Counted from the first letter of the stretch, positions 40,979-52,128 are shown. The stretch: DNA of 53,932 bases from Candidatus Woesearchaeota archaeon (GCA_016784125.1 JADHVI010000005.1:1-53932); one strand, 5' to 3'. Numbers and translations are program-made. The notes: generated from the letters alone by a model not told the origin.

Positions 40979-42121
40979 TCATTTTGTCTTCGTTGTTTTA
41001 GTTATTAAACCTGGTAACCCTGTTCCTACAGGAACTGGTTGGTTAATCATGACATTTTCAATAACACTGTTCAAATAATCAACTTCTCCTGTTAAAGCAG
41101 CGTTAATTATGTGCTTGATAGGTGTTTCAAAAGATGCTCTAGCAAGAACGCTAGGTTTTTCTTTAACAATACCGTATCGGTTAATACCCATTACTTTCCC
41201 CGACATAGTCATAGCATCAGAGACAAGCATTATGTGTCTAATATCAATATTAATACCTTGAGTATCTAGAACCTTCATTGATTCATTGATGATGGCCTGT
41301 CTTGCAGCTTCAACTCCAAACAAGCCTTGAATCTCAAATATATCATTGCTAAAAATCCTTGTTGAATCGACATAATCTTTTTTCAGTAATTCTTTAATGT
41401 TTGACCCTGCAGTTACAATCAAGAATTCTTCTCCTCTTTTGACTGGAAGAACTTGTGTTATTCCTTTAATGCCTGAAATATATGTGTCTTTAACCTTTTC
41501 TTTTAGTTTATATATTTCATTTAAAGCAGCATCTTTAGAACTAGGTGTAACTAATAATGATTGATCTTTTTGTATTTTGAATTTGAACCCTTTGAATCCT
41601 TTGTCTAATATTTTAGCAACAGCATCTTCGGTCAAAAGAGCAACTTTTAATTTAGACTTATTTAAAATAATAACCATTTGCATATTAGCAATATTAATAG
41701 ATATCTCATCGACAAACTCCTTAAGAGTTGTCTCTTTAATCGTTTCTGCAATCTTCTTTATGTCTTTTCCTGTAGAATAAGGTTTTTTTAAATAAACTTC
41801 CATCATAGTTGTAGTAATTTTCTTTCGCCCATCTAAAATTTCTATTATTCTTGGCAAACCTGTAGTTACGTTAAGTTCTGATACACCAGCAAAGTGAAAT
41901 GTGTTCAAAGTCATCTGTGTACCTGGTTCTCCAATTGATTCAGCAGTCACTAAACCTACACTCTCTCCAGGTTGAGCTCTTGAATCTGAATATTCTTTGT
42001 ATACAGCTACCAAAATCTTCTTTAGTTTTGCATCCGAACATTTTGGAGGTAGGTATTCCTTTACTTCAGTTAATATCTTTCGTGGAAGCAAGTTTTCATA
42101 TTCTTTAAATAAGTCAGCCAT
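40979..42121 (-). CDS. rpoA2: RNA polymerase subunit A'' (Rpo1C)
   Basis: PGESVG...[43 protein letters not shown]; ATG 42121. Confidence 0.98.
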   Translation of the reverse strand: MADLFKEYENLLPRKILTEVKEYLPPKCSDAKLKKILVAVYKEYSDSRAQPGESVGLVTAESIGEPGTQMTLNTFHFAGVSELNVTTGLPRIIEILDGRKKITTTMMEVYLKKPYSTGKDIKKIAETIKETTLKEFVDEISINIANMQMVIILNKSKLKVALLTEDAVAKILDKGFKGFKFKIQKDQSLLVTPSSKDAALNEIYKLKEKVKDTYISGIKGITQVLPVKRGEEFLIVTAGSNIKELLKKDYVDSTRIFSNDIFEIQGLFGVEAARQAIINESMKVLDTQGINIDIRHIMLVSDAMTMSGKVMGINRYGIVKEKPSVLARASFETPIKHIINAALTGEVDYLNSVIENVMINQPVPVGTGLPGLITKTTKTK

Positions 42122-42126
42122 TATAA

Positions 42127-44718
42127 TCACTCAATTGAATTTATTATTTGTTTAACATTAATCTTTCCGCCTTCGCTTTTTGAAACATCTATACCATCTT
42201 CACCGTAAGCGAATTGAACTATTTTACCTGATGCATCTCTTACAGTAAAATCATATTCTACTTTAAAATCTTGAAGTGCATTTGCCAATCTTCTGTATAA
42301 ATAACCTGATTTTGGCGTTCTTAGAGCGGTATCCATCAGACTATCTCTTCCAGTCATTGCCATGAAAAACATCTCGTGCGGTCTCAATCCTTTTTTGAAT
42401 CCGTTCTTAATAAAACCACGAGCTTCTGGTCCAAGATCATTTTTTCTAAAGCATGATAGTGTTCTACCATTATATCCTTTACCAATTCTTCCGCCTCTCA
42501 AAGCTTGCTGTCCTACACAGGCAGCAATTTGAGCAAGATTAATCAAGTTTCCTCTTGCGCCTGATTTAACCATTGCCATAGTGTTACTTGTTTGATCTGA
42601 AGTATCTGCCACTATTTGACCTGTATCATTTCTTGCTTTGTTGAGCCTTTCAAGAATTCTTAATTCAAGAGTTTCAGATATTAATCTTCCTGGTAATAAT
42701 TCGAGCGTTCCATTCTTGAATTGTTCAATTAGTTTTTGAACATGTACATATGAATCATCAATAATTGCGTCGATTTGAATTGTTGCATCGCTACTTAAAT
42801 CAGCATCAGATAATCTTGTAGTAAAACCATACTTCAATAGAACTTCATTTCCTAATCTATAAATTCTACCAAGAATTTCTACCATTTCATCTCGCCCATA
42901 TCTCTTATGAATATTTCTAAGTAGTAATCCTGAACCTTCACCAAGAGTACTCTTGTCCATTACACCAGATAAAAGCTTTCCTTTTCTGATTTTAACAATG
43001 TGATCAGGATGATCAGGAGGCATAGACTTTGAATTTCCATCAAAGTTATAATCATCAGGCAACATCGCAGAGAATATCTCTTTTCCAGTTACTTGAGCCT
43101 TATTTGGTAAGCTTGAGAATTCCTCAATACCAACTGAAGCCATCAAGTCAATTGCTTCTTCTCTTGGAACAGTCATATCTTTAGTTAACAAGTAATTTCC
43201 ACAAATCGCGTCCTGATTACATCCTATAATACTAAGACCATATCTCGGACTGATTAATTGTGTTTGTACTTCCATTAACACTTCTGCCTCTGCTCTTGCT
43301 TCTTCTGTTTGAGGAATATGTAAGTTCATCTCATCTCCATCAAAATCTGCGTTATAAGGTGCACATACAGCAGGATTAAGTCTCAATGTCAATCCTGGTA
43401 ATACTCTTACCCTATGACACATCATACTCATTCTGTGTAGTGATGGTTGTCTATTAAATAATGATATATCTCCATCGCAAAGATGTCTTTCAACTGTGAA
43501 ACCAGGTTGTAATTCTTCAAGAAGTTGCTCCTTTGTTTCATCAGTAATTTTTTTCCTTTTTCCATCAGGTCGAATAATATAATTTGCGCCAGGATATTTA
43601 TCAGGTCCATTTTCGAGAAATGTTTTCAAGAATTTCATGTTCCATTCTGTGACTCTCTCAGGGACAGAAAGTTTCATAGCAATAACAAAAGGTACTCCTA
43701 CTTCATTGATATTCAACTTTGGATCTGGACTAATAACTGTTCTAGCTGAAAAATTAGTTCTTTTTCCTGCCAAGTTATGCCTAATTCTTCCCTCCTTACT
43801 TTTAATCCTTGCAGTGAGAGTTTTCAGAGGCTCACCACTTCTATGTCTTGCAGGAGGAATCTGCGATATTTCATTATCGAAGAATGTAGTAACATGGTAT
43901 TGCAGGAGATCCCAAAGGTCTTCTATAATTATTTCTGGCGCTCCCGCATTTATATTTTCAAATAATCTCTGATTAATCCTAACAATATCGCCTAATTTAT
44001 GTGTCAAATCGTCTTCACTTCTTTCTCCACTTTCCAAGGTTATCGAAGGTCTCATTGTAACCGGTGGTATTGGTAGTATAGTCAGAATCATCCATTCAGG
44101 TCTTACAGCTTTTGGATTCATACCAAAAACTTCCAGATCATCGTCATTAACTCTTTCTAATCGAGTTCTTATTTCAATAGGTGAGACTCTCCTAACATCT
44201 TCTATAAAAGTTGTAGGTTTGTCAAGTGATATTTTTAATTGTTTTTCCTTACAATGAGGACATTTATTGATAGTTTTTAAGCCAGCAATTATCTCTGATA
44301 CTTTTTTTCTTCTGGCAGATAAACCTAATTCCTGACCGACATCTTCCAATATGCCTAAATTCTTCTTGATTTTATCTTGAGGAATAAGTATTCTTCCACA
44401 TGATTTACAAGTGCATCTCATCAAATCTAGGATTTCTTTTGTGAACTTAATATGAACAATTGGTCTGGCTAATTCAATATAACCAAAGTGACCAGGGCAT
44501 TCTTTTAATTTATGACCACAAGACTTACATTTTAAACCAGGATCAATAACGCCCATTCTTACATCCATTAAACCACCATCTACAGGGTATCCTTCTTTAT
44601 CATAAAGTTCTGGAGTAACAACCTTAGCAGACGCCATATCCTTAAGGAACTTTGGTCCCATGATTCCAAATGTTATTGATTTAATCCTCTTATAAACCAA
44701 CTTATCGTCTGTGCTCAA
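42127..44718 (-). CDS. rpoA1: RNA polymerase subunit A' (Rpo1N)
   Basis: Zn-binding CKSC...[25 protein letters not shown], catalytic [19 protein letters not shown]; TTG start overlapping the rpoB' stop. Confidence 0.99.
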   Translation of the reverse strand: MSTDDKLVYKRIKSITFGIMGPKFLKDMASAKVVTPELYDKEGYPVDGGLMDVRMGVIDPGLKCKSCGHKLKECPGHFGYIELARPIVHIKFTKEILDLMRCTCKSCGRILIPQDKIKKNLGILEDVGQELGLSARRKKVSEIIAGLKTINKCPHCKEKQLKISLDKPTTFIEDVRRVSPIEIRTRLERVNDDDLEVFGMNPKAVRPEWMILTILPIPPVTMRPSITLESGERSEDDLTHKLGDIVRINQRLFENINAGAPEIIIEDLWDLLQYHVTTFFDNEISQIPPARHRSGEPLKTLTARIKSKEGRIRHNLAGKRTNFSARTVISPDPKLNINEVGVPFVIAMKLSVPERVTEWNMKFLKTFLENGPDKYPGANYIIRPDGKRKKITDETKEQLLEELQPGFTVERHLCDGDISLFNRQPSLHRMSMMCHRVRVLPGLTLRLNPAVCAPYNADFDGDEMNLHIPQTEEARAEAEVLMEVQTQLISPRYGLSIIGCNQDAICGNYLLTKDMTVPREEAIDLMASVGIEEFSSLPNKAQVTGKEIFSAMLPDDYNFDGNSKSMPPDHPDHIVKIRKGKLLSGVMDKSTLGEGSGLLLRNIHKRYGRDEMVEILGRIYRLGNEVLLKYGFTTRLSDADLSSDATIQIDAIIDDSYVHVQKLIEQFKNGTLELLPGRLISETLELRILERLNKARNDTGQIVADTSDQTSNTMAMVKSGARGNLINLAQIAACVGQQALRGGRIGKGYNGRTLSCFRKNDLGPEARGFIKNGFKKGLRPHEMFFMAMTGRDSLMDTALRTPKSGYLYRRLANALQDFKVEYDFTVRDASGKIVQFAYGEDGIDVSKSEGGKINVKQIINSIE

Positions 44719-46517
44719 TATTTCCCCTCCAATTCGAGTTTTGGGTATACGGTCATCGCTTTTAATTCATCGAGCAATAACTTGAATGCATAACTCATTT
44801 CAATATGTGAAATCTCAGTGTTCTCTCCAAAGTTTGGACAGAATGATTTACCTGTTCTGGCGTCATCAATGGCCATCATACCTGAAGCTTCAGATATAGG
44901 AACAATAGTATTATCTGCATTGAATCTTTCTTTTAATAATAGAGATGTACCGTGTGCAATGAATGTGTCTTTCTCCATTTCTCCCAGTCTCAATCCACCT
45001 TCGTTAGCTCTTCCTTCAGTAGGTTGTCTAGTTAATAGTTGTATAGGTCCTCTCGCTCTGGAATGAACCTTGTTTGCAACCATGTGTTTAAGCTTTAAGT
45101 AGTACATGTTTCCAACGTAAATTTTTCCTTGGTATCTTTCGCCTGTAATTCCATTGTACATGGTTTCTGAACCATTCTCAACAAAACCCATTCCAAGTAA
45201 TTCTTTTCTCAAATCAACTTCAGATTCAGAATCAAAAATTGTTGAGTTAATTCTTCTAGCTGAAAGAGCACCTGTTTTTCCAGCCAATAACTCAATCATA
45301 TGAGCAACAGTCATCCTGGACGGGATACCTTGTGGACTGAAAATGATATCTGGTTTTGTACCAGAAGCTGTAAATGGAACGTCCTCTTCAGGAACAATAA
45401 TACTAATAACTCCTTTCTGACCATGTCTACTTGTAAATTTATCACCAATCTCAGGTATTCTTTGACTTCTGAGTCTTACTTGGATTAATTTATTACCTTC
45501 TGAATTTTCAGTTATGGTAACAAAGTCAACAACTCCTCTTTCTCCATGTTTTAGGGCCATTGAAGATTCTCTTCTTGAACTGCTTGTTAAATTGTATTCG
45601 TCTAATGAACTTAAGAATCTTGGTGGACTTGATTTTCCAATAATTACATCTCCTTCCTTAACGACTGCTTCAGGATAAATGATTCCATCATCTTCTAAGA
45701 ATCGGTAATCTCTCTCTGATCTGTATCCTTTAACTTCTTTGTCAGGAAGACCAACTTCATCTATTAAACCACCAGCATATCTAAGTTCTTCTGAAACTAC
45801 GGGTCTATAATAAGTGCTTCGACCCATTCCTCTGTCAACAGATCCTTTATTGATTACAACAGCGTCTTCCATGTTATATCCTTGATATGACATAACTGCA
45901 ACGACGACGTTTTGTCCTGATGGATGCTTATCAAAATTAAGTGTTCTGTGCATTAATGTTTCAACAACTGGTCTTTGTGCATAATTCAATATGTTTACAT
46001 CCATATCCATTCTATTGAAAAAGTTTGCAATATAGAAACCTATGGCTTGCTTCTGGTTCTTTGAACCCTGACTCAATCTTACACCATGGTTGAAATTTCC
46101 AAATGGAACTAAAGCGGTTGTTAGCCCTACGATATCTAACGGACTAATTTCCAAATGAGTATGATCTTCTGTTAAATCTTCTTGAGTAAAAGCAACCAAT
46201 GCGCTTTCTTCTTCTAATGCATCTAAATAATCAACAAATCCTTGTTTAACAAGATCTGTCCAAGTGATTTCGTTCTTTACTAGCTGATCAAGATGTTTTT
46301 CTGTCAATAATGATTTTCCATCTTTTACTACGAGAAGAGGTCTTACAGATCTACCACCACATATATCAATTCTAATTTCTTTTAGATCTTCTCTATGCAA
46401 TATATTTACTGTAATAGGAAGTTTCCCCATTCTCCTTTCTGAAATTACTTTTTCAACAAAATCTTTTGGATTCTTCACAATACCTACAAATTTGTTATCT
46501 ATGTAAACATCAGTCAT
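44715..46517 (-). CDS. rpoB1: RNA polymerase subunit B' (Rpo2C)
   Basis: GYNMEDA, GDKFTSRHGQKG, PSRMT, KLKHMV, QPTEGR...GGLRLGEME. Confidence 0.99.
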   Translation of the reverse strand: MTDVYIDNKFVGIVKNPKDFVEKVISERRMGKLPITVNILHREDLKEIRIDICGGRSVRPLLVVKDGKSLLTEKHLDQLVKNEITWTDLVKQGFVDYLDALEEESALVAFTQEDLTEDHTHLEISPLDIVGLTTALVPFGNFNHGVRLSQGSKNQKQAIGFYIANFFNRMDMDVNILNYAQRPVVETLMHRTLNFDKHPSGQNVVVAVMSYQGYNMEDAVVINKGSVDRGMGRSTYYRPVVSEELRYAGGLIDEVGLPDKEVKGYRSERDYRFLEDDGIIYPEAVVKEGDVIIGKSSPPRFLSSLDEYNLTSSSRRESSMALKHGERGVVDFVTITENSEGNKLIQVRLRSQRIPEIGDKFTSRHGQKGVISIIVPEEDVPFTASGTKPDIIFSPQGIPSRMTVAHMIELLAGKTGALSARRINSTIFDSESEVDLRKELLGMGFVENGSETMYNGITGERYQGKIYVGNMYYLKLKHMVANKVHSRARGPIQLLTRQPTEGRANEGGLRLGEMEKDTFIAHGTSLLLKERFNADNTIVPISEASGMMAIDDARTGKSFCPNFGENTEISHIEMSYAFKLLLDELKAMTVYPKLELEGKY

Positions 46518-46563
46518 TATAAAATCACCTCGTGATTTTGTAATTCAAAAATGATTATTTTTG
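46518..46563. repeat. Two-hairpin module (copy 5) filling the rpoB''-rpoB' spacer; the first hairpin contains the SD
   Basis: AAAATCAC-CTC-GTGATTTT (46521-46539, includes minus-strand GAGGTGA) and CAAAAAT-GATT-ATTTTTG (46546-46563). Confidence 0.55.
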
Positions 46564-48048
46564 TCATTTTGCCAACTGCAATCCCATGCCTTTCAATATG
46601 GTTGTGATTTTTTCTTCATTTTCCACTTGTGTAACATTTGCTAGTAATGCGAGATTCTTTCTTAAACCAATATTTGTTCCTTCTGGAGTCTCACTTGGGC
46701 AAAGTCTTCCAAGATGTGTAGGATGAAGCGCTCTAGCTTCAAAGTTTTCTTGACTTGAAGATAATGGGCTAACAACCCTTTGAAGATGTGATTGTGCTTG
46801 TAAGAAATTCAATCTCTCTATTCTCTGTGAAATACCTTTTCTTCCACCAACCCAGTTACCAGTTGCTAAAGAACTGTATATTCTTTGGGTTAATAATTTT
46901 TCTCTGATAATAACTTTGATACTTGGAAATTTTCCTCTTTTTACAATCCTTTGGAAATTGTAAAGGAAATCTCCAATTAAAACCTTAAGATTAACTCTGA
47001 ATAAATCCGCTAACAAATCTCCTGGTAACTTGATTCTTTTATTCATGTAATGATCTTTATCATCAGTTGGCAATAAATCGTTTGAAACAAGTATATATTT
47101 TTTTAACATTTTGCAGATGTTATTTGCTTTTTTACCTCTGAACTCTGTTTCGCTTCCCAGATGAGGTAGTAAGTATTTATCAAGAATCTCAGTCATCCTT
47201 GTAAGTCTAATATCTCTTGCTTGTGTAATACCCATCTTTTTTGCCAAGAAATCAACTGCATCTTCATCGTTTTTAATATCAACATACTCATAAAGATTAA
47301 TTATGACTTCAGAATTATCTTCTAAATCGATTAGTTTCATAATATCTTCATCCTTTGTTATTCCTAAAGCCTTAATAACTACTATTAGAGGCACTCTTTT
47401 GACTCTTGTAAATGTTAAATAGAAAATACCATCTTTCATCTTCTCAATTTGATGAGGAATCTTGTAAGAACCTTTTTCTGAGAAAATTTTCCCTACAAAT
47501 TTGCTTACACCAACCGATGCTTTTTCAACTAAAAATTTATTTGCTGCGAGATCTTCAATGTTAACAATGGCCTTTTCAGTTCCATTGACAATAAAGTAGC
47601 CACCATCATCATCAGGGTCTTCACCTTTTTCTATTAGTTCTTTTCTATTAAGTTCTGATAAATGACAGTATTTAGATTTAAGCATGATTGGCAAATTACC
47701 AATTTGGGTCTTGAATGATTCTCTTTGCACACCATTAATGTGTGAACTGACTTCTAAGAAAATTGGCGCTGAATATGAAAGTTTTCTAAGTCTTGCTTCA
47801 ACAGGAAAGATAGGTCTTTTTGAACCGTCAGCTTCCGTGATTTCTGGTTTTGTAACCCAAACTCGATCTAATCTAATTTTGAAATCTTCGACGTTTGGTG
47901 GAATAATTGTCGGTTCGATTTCTCTGTTTTCATCAATGATTATTTGTAATTCTTTATCAACAAATCTATTGAAAGAATCAATTGAAGACTTAACAATAGA
48001 ATTTTCTTCAAAATATTTTTGAATTAGAACTTCTGAGAATCTATTCAT
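46564..48048 (-). CDS. rpoB2: RNA polymerase subunit B'' (Rpo2N)
   Basis: SFNRF, PVEARLRKLSYSAP, GGYFIVNG, DKDHYMNKR, CPSETPEG..IGLRKNL. Confidence 0.99.
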   Translation of the reverse strand: MNRFSEVLIQKYFEENSIVKSSIDSFNRFVDKELQIIIDENREIEPTIIPPNVEDFKIRLDRVWVTKPEITEADGSKRPIFPVEARLRKLSYSAPIFLEVSSHINGVQRESFKTQIGNLPIMLKSKYCHLSELNRKELIEKGEDPDDDGGYFIVNGTEKAIVNIEDLAANKFLVEKASVGVSKFVGKIFSEKGSYKIPHQIEKMKDGIFYLTFTRVKRVPLIVVIKALGITKDEDIMKLIDLEDNSEVIINLYEYVDIKNDEDAVDFLAKKMGITQARDIRLTRMTEILDKYLLPHLGSETEFRGKKANNICKMLKKYILVSNDLLPTDDKDHYMNKRIKLPGDLLADLFRVNLKVLIGDFLYNFQRIVKRGKFPSIKVIIREKLLTQRIYSSLATGNWVGGRKGISQRIERLNFLQAQSHLQRVVSPLSSSQENFEARALHPTHLGRLCPSETPEGTNIGLRKNLALLANVTQVENEEKITTILKGMGLQLAK

Positions 48049-48283
48049 TGACTACACCTCGATAAAAAATAGTTGTTTCGGCAGTTGAACTTTTTCTAAT
48101 GATTTTAATAACATCTTTTTCTTTAGGATCAAGATGTTGAATTGCGGCATCTGTTAGAGCAATCTTAGGTAGTTCTTTTGTCGTTAGATGAAATTTCTCC
48201 ATTAGTTCCTTTTTCTCCTTGTCATTCAACTTTGAATGTTCTGGAACCAGGAAGTGGTTGATTTTCTCTTTCTTAGCTGCCAT
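48041..48283 (-). CDS. rpoH: RNA polymerase subunit H (Rpo5)
   Basis: HFLVPEH, LPKI...D, KIIRKSSTA...YR.V. Confidence 0.97.
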   Translation of the reverse strand: MAAKKEKINHFLVPEHSKLNDKEKKELMEKFHLTTKELPKIALTDAAIQHLDPKEKDVIKIIRKSSTAETTIFYRGVVNE

Positions 48284-48303
48284 TTTGATTTGTGGTTATC
48301 GTA

Positions 48304-48421
48304 TGGGCCGGACGAGATTTGAACTCGCGACCCCTTGATTGCTTCATGCATAGCTTGAAGTTTCAAGACCTCAAGTTTTGCTTAAAAGTCAAGTGCTCTA
48401 GCCAGGCTGAGCTACCGGCCC
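48304..48421 (-). tRNA. tRNA-Lys(TTT) with a 43-nt canonical 37/38 intron (48340-48382)
   Basis: Mature cloverleaf GGGCCGG-TA-GCTC-AGCCTGGCTA-GAGC-A-CTTGA-CTTTTAA-TCAAG-GGGTC-GCGAG-TTCAAAT-CTCGT-CCGGCCC-A; central helix CUUU/GAAG; no encoded CCA. Confidence 0.93.
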
Positions 48422-48444
48422 AAACGAACCTCCATGAGGATAAA

Positions 48445-48550
48445 CGCCCTGGCCGGGATTCGAACCCGGGTCGAAGCCTCGACAGGGCTTCATGATAGTT
48501 ATCGCGTGAAATCGTTTGATTGTCAACGTGCCGAACTACACTACCAGGGC
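48445..48550 (-). tRNA. tRNA-Asp(GTC) with a 31-nt non-canonical D-loop intron (20/20a; 48499-48529)
   Basis: Acceptor GCCCTGG/CCAGGGC-G, anticodon arm AAGCC-CTGTCGA-GGCTT, T arm CCGGG-TTCGAAT-CCCGG; removing the insert gives a typical D arm GTGTAGTTCGGCCTATCAT. Confidence 0.9.
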
Positions 48551-48796
48551 ACATATTAATGTCTATATCTCATGTTTTTACTTACTTTTTTAGATGAGAA
48601 ATGACCATGGTTTTTTTTATTTCCTGAGCTCTCGGGCGTGTATTGATGGGAAAAAGATTCCCTTTATAAACCTTACGTTTTATTATAGCAAATCGTCATA
48701 CTATTTGAAAAAAAATTAAAAAATCCATTTTTTTACAGAAAAAAAAATTCTTTCTAATCCAAAAACTTTTTATAATACTTATCTATAAACCAAGCT

Positions 48797-49159
48797 ATGA
48801 AGAGGCTGCTAATTATAGAGGATGAAGAACACATTGCCGAAGCGGAAAAATTAATTCTTAAAGATAAATATAGGGTGTTTGTAGCTCGCACTGGAAGCGA
48901 AGGTTTAGAAATGGCTAAGAAAATTCGGCCAGATGTTATTGTTCTTGACATTATGTTGCCTCACATATCAGGTTATGAAATCTGCCAACGTTTAAGAGAT
49001 GAAAAAAACCTTTCAAATGTTAAAATTGTAATGGTAACAGCCAAGAGTGAACAAGCAGATGAAGACATTGGTATGGATCTTGGTGCAGATGATTATATTA
49101 TGAAACCATTTGAACCTGAGGAATTGCTACATGTTGTAAGTCAAGTCTTGAAGAAATAA
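48797..49159 (+). CDS. Single-domain response regulator (REC only)
   Basis: IIEDE, PDVIVLDIMLP..SG, VTAK, GADDYIMKPF; no output domain. Confidence 0.95.
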   Translation: MKRLLIIEDEEHIAEAEKLILKDKYRVFVARTGSEGLEMAKKIRPDVIVLDIMLPHISGYEICQRLRDEKNLSNVKIVMVTAKSEQADEDIGMDLGADDYIMKPFEPEELLHVVSQVLKK

Positions 49160-49209
49160 TTTTTTTGTGATTCTGAAAAAAAAGAGGTGTAGCTTATAGA
49201 GGGGAATAC

Positions 49210-50682
49210 ATGAATATTGAATTATTATTTTGGGTTTACCATTCAATAAATAGATTTATGGCCACTGATGATGGTGAACTTTTCAAAAAATTTGTAGAAC
49301 TTTTTCTTTTCGCAATTGTTACTTATATGATTGCCAGCGAATATGGTAGAACAAAAGAAAGTCATTTGAAATATTTGTTGATTGGTTTTGGTGCTTTGGC
49401 AATTGATAAATTGATTATGACGCTAGTTTATAGCTTCATAGTGTTTGGAGAGGTACAAACTCTGATGTTCAATCCATTCCTCCCGGTTTTAGATTTGTTT
49501 TTAGAAATATTTGCCCTCGTCTTACTAACCAATGCATTCATTTTCCCTATATTCGCTGATAAAATTGGCAAACTTCGAAAGAAAATTGGACGAGAGATAA
49601 TCGTAGTTATCATTGTAGTGTTAGCTATAGAAGTTTTTTGGTACGTTGTTATCTCTTTGAATCCGACAGCCGCTTTTAGAACTGAATTGAGCTATCTGAT
49701 ACTTGAGCTTATCAAAATACTGATACTTTTTGGTCCTATATACTATATACTATGCAATTATAACAAATTAGGGAAATATGGTCCTCATATAATCATCGCT
49801 TTTGCAGTATACATGATTGCACCAATTGCTAATGTGATAAACGTTGTCTTCTATGGTGGTTTGAGTAATGATCTGAGAGTCTTTGCAAATCCTTTTCCAT
49901 TTATAGCTGTTTTATTATTTACAAGGGTTATTTATCTGAAATTAGTAGATAAAGCAACTATAAAACGCGAATTAGCCGACACAAAAGAAAAATATATACA
50001 TGAACAAGAAGTTAGCAAGTTAAAAGATGAATTTGTAAGTACTGTTAGTCATGAATTAAGAACTCCATTGACATCAATGGGACTTTACTTATCATTATTA
50101 AAGAATCATAAATTTGGGAAACTAAATTCTAAACAAAGTGGAGCTGTAGATATTATTAAAAAAGAAAGCAAACGATTAGCAAATTTGATCAACGATGTAT
50201 TAAGTTTGTCTAAATTGGAAGCTAAGAAAACAAAGTTGAGAATTGAAAAAGTAGACTTAAAAAAATTAATAGATAACAATTTGTATTATAATTATGCTGA
50301 ACAAAAAGGCATAGTGATAAATAATAAAATTCCAAAGAACTTTCATGTCAAGATTGACTCTGAAAAGTTTAAACAAGTTTTCATTAATTTATTTAGTAAT
50401 GCTACTAAGTATGCTAAAAGCAAAATTCATATTTCTGCGAGCAAACATAAGGATCACTGGTTATTCTGCGTTGAAGACGATGGACCTGGCGTTCCCAAAG
50501 AGAAAATTAAGAAACTATTCGATAAATTCTATCGAGTTGGAGACTATTTAACAAAAGAACAGCAAGGAACAGGTCTTGGGTTGAGTATTGTAAAAAATCT
50601 CGTTGAATTACATGGTGGAACAGTTTGGGCTGAATCAGAAGAGAATGTTGGCACGAAGTTTATGATTAAGATACCTCATTAG
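49210..50682 (+). CDS. Multi-pass membrane sensor histidine kinase
   Basis: About 7 hydrophobic helices, then FVSTVSHELRTPLT, NLFSNATKY, DDGPGV, LFDKFYR, GTGLGL. Confidence 0.95.
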   Translation: MNIELLFWVYHSINRFMATDDGELFKKFVELFLFAIVTYMIASEYGRTKESHLKYLLIGFGALAIDKLIMTLVYSFIVFGEVQTLMFNPFLPVLDLFLEIFALVLLTNAFIFPIFADKIGKLRKKIGREIIVVIIVVLAIEVFWYVVISLNPTAAFRTELSYLILELIKILILFGPIYYILCNYNKLGKYGPHIIIAFAVYMIAPIANVINVVFYGGLSNDLRVFANPFPFIAVLLFTRVIYLKLVDKATIKRELADTKEKYIHEQEVSKLKDEFVSTVSHELRTPLTSMGLYLSLLKNHKFGKLNSKQSGAVDIIKKESKRLANLINDVLSLSKLEAKKTKLRIEKVDLKKLIDNNLYYNYAEQKGIVINNKIPKNFHVKIDSEKFKQVFINLFSNATKYAKSKIHISASKHKDHWLFCVEDDGPGVPKEKIKKLFDKFYRVGDYLTKEQQGTGLGLSIVKNLVELHGGTVWAESEENVGTKFMIKIPH

Positions 50683-52041
50683 TATCGTTACATCGGAGTT
50701 TTAGATAAACCCATTTCTCTTCTTGTTTACACATTTCTAAATCTACTAAGTTAGTTTCATGCAGAGAGGTATTACGAAATTCAGACATTCGCACAGACCA
50801 AACATCTGTTGAAGAATGATCCTTAACCAAATAATGAACTTGTTGTAGATCATTGACTGAAGTTAAAAAATTGAGAATTAAAAAAACTATTATGAAAATA
50901 ATTGTAATCAAAATTTTCTTCTGGTTTAGTTTTGATATGTAAATTGAAGATTTTGAAATCATGTATGAGACTAAAATAATGAATATTGCTCCTGGTATAA
51001 TGAATGAAAATCTGGCGTTTTGCCATTGAGGAAGAATTAAGATCATGATTATATATGAACAAAACCATTTTGCAATATGTCTATCTTTAAAACTCATGTA
51101 AATAAACAATACTAATGCAATTCCTGCGACATAGTATGCGTTAAAAAAACCTAATCCTTCTACGACTTCTAGAATTGATAATAATAAAAAAATAATTATT
51201 AGCTTTGTGTATGATAATTTCCAGAGATGCTTCCTAAAAATTAGACTTCCCAAACCAATGAAGATTAGGGATATTGGTAAATAGTGCATTAATATTGCGA
51301 ATCTATTAAAGAGAAAGAATAATTCGCTGGCAGGTTTTATGAACTCTGAAAATGATAGCGTCAAACTCCAAGATGGTATAGATGATATTATCTGACTATC
51401 TACAATTAGAAATATTATGGCAATCAACGCAAATATTAAGATAAAAACGAATAATTTCAAAGAAAAAGGTTTTCTAAGTAATACATAAAAAAAGAGTATA
51501 GGAATCAACAGAAAAAATACATTTGCAGTCAAACAACCTAACAAAAAAATAATTATGAACATAATTACTTGATGAGGGTTTCGAAATCCTATTTTTTCAA
51601 AATTCAAAAAATAATAGAATGCTGCAAGAACAAAAAATAGCGACATGAAATAAACCATGTTGAAGCGCTGGATAAAAATCATTAAGAAGGGAGCTAATGT
51701 TATGAGAGTCAAGTAAGCTATAAATGCTGAAAAAGAGCCATACAGTTTTTCAGACACTTTGTAAAACATTATTAATGTCAGAAAAAAAATAGGAAAGGTG
51801 CAATTGTGACTGTAAGCATAGACTCTCCAAAGGAGTTATAGGACGCAGTCCATACTAGACTCACTAGAGGTCTAAAATATGACCCCATATATGGATTTAT
51901 AACACTTTCAAAACCTTGAGAAGCATAGTGAATCATCGAATCTTCTTCAAAGTAATAATCGAAAGTAAATGTAAGAGAGGCAGGAATAATTGCTAATAAA
52001 ACCACCAATACAAGCATTAACTTCTTATTTTCAAAAAGCAT
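50666..52041 (-). pseudogene. Polytopic membrane protein (GT-C/ArnT-like glycosyltransferase candidate) split by a frameshift in a T8 tract
   Basis: ORF 51778-52041 (TM, then YYFEEDS...YFRPL luminal loop) and ORF 50666-51769 (many TMs, NARF) join in frame if the T8 run at 51782-51789 were T9: ...PFLFFFLTLIMFYKV. Confidence 0.6.
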
Positions 52042-52128
52042 AACGTTAATTTAGAGAATGGGAATATAAATTTTTCCTCAAAAAAATTACAAATGTATAA
52101 AAACAAATCTTATTTCCTGTTTTGAGCC

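Noticed and set aside
48292-48554. Short ORFs 48292-48495 (+) and 48363-48554 (-)
   Set aside because: They are shadows of the GC-rich tRNA-Lys and tRNA-Asp genes.
48551-48670. Possible ncRNA or micro-ORF (MVISHLKK) in the leader upstream of tRNA-Asp
   Set aside because: Only weak hairpins and an 8-codon frame; no recognisable RNA family.
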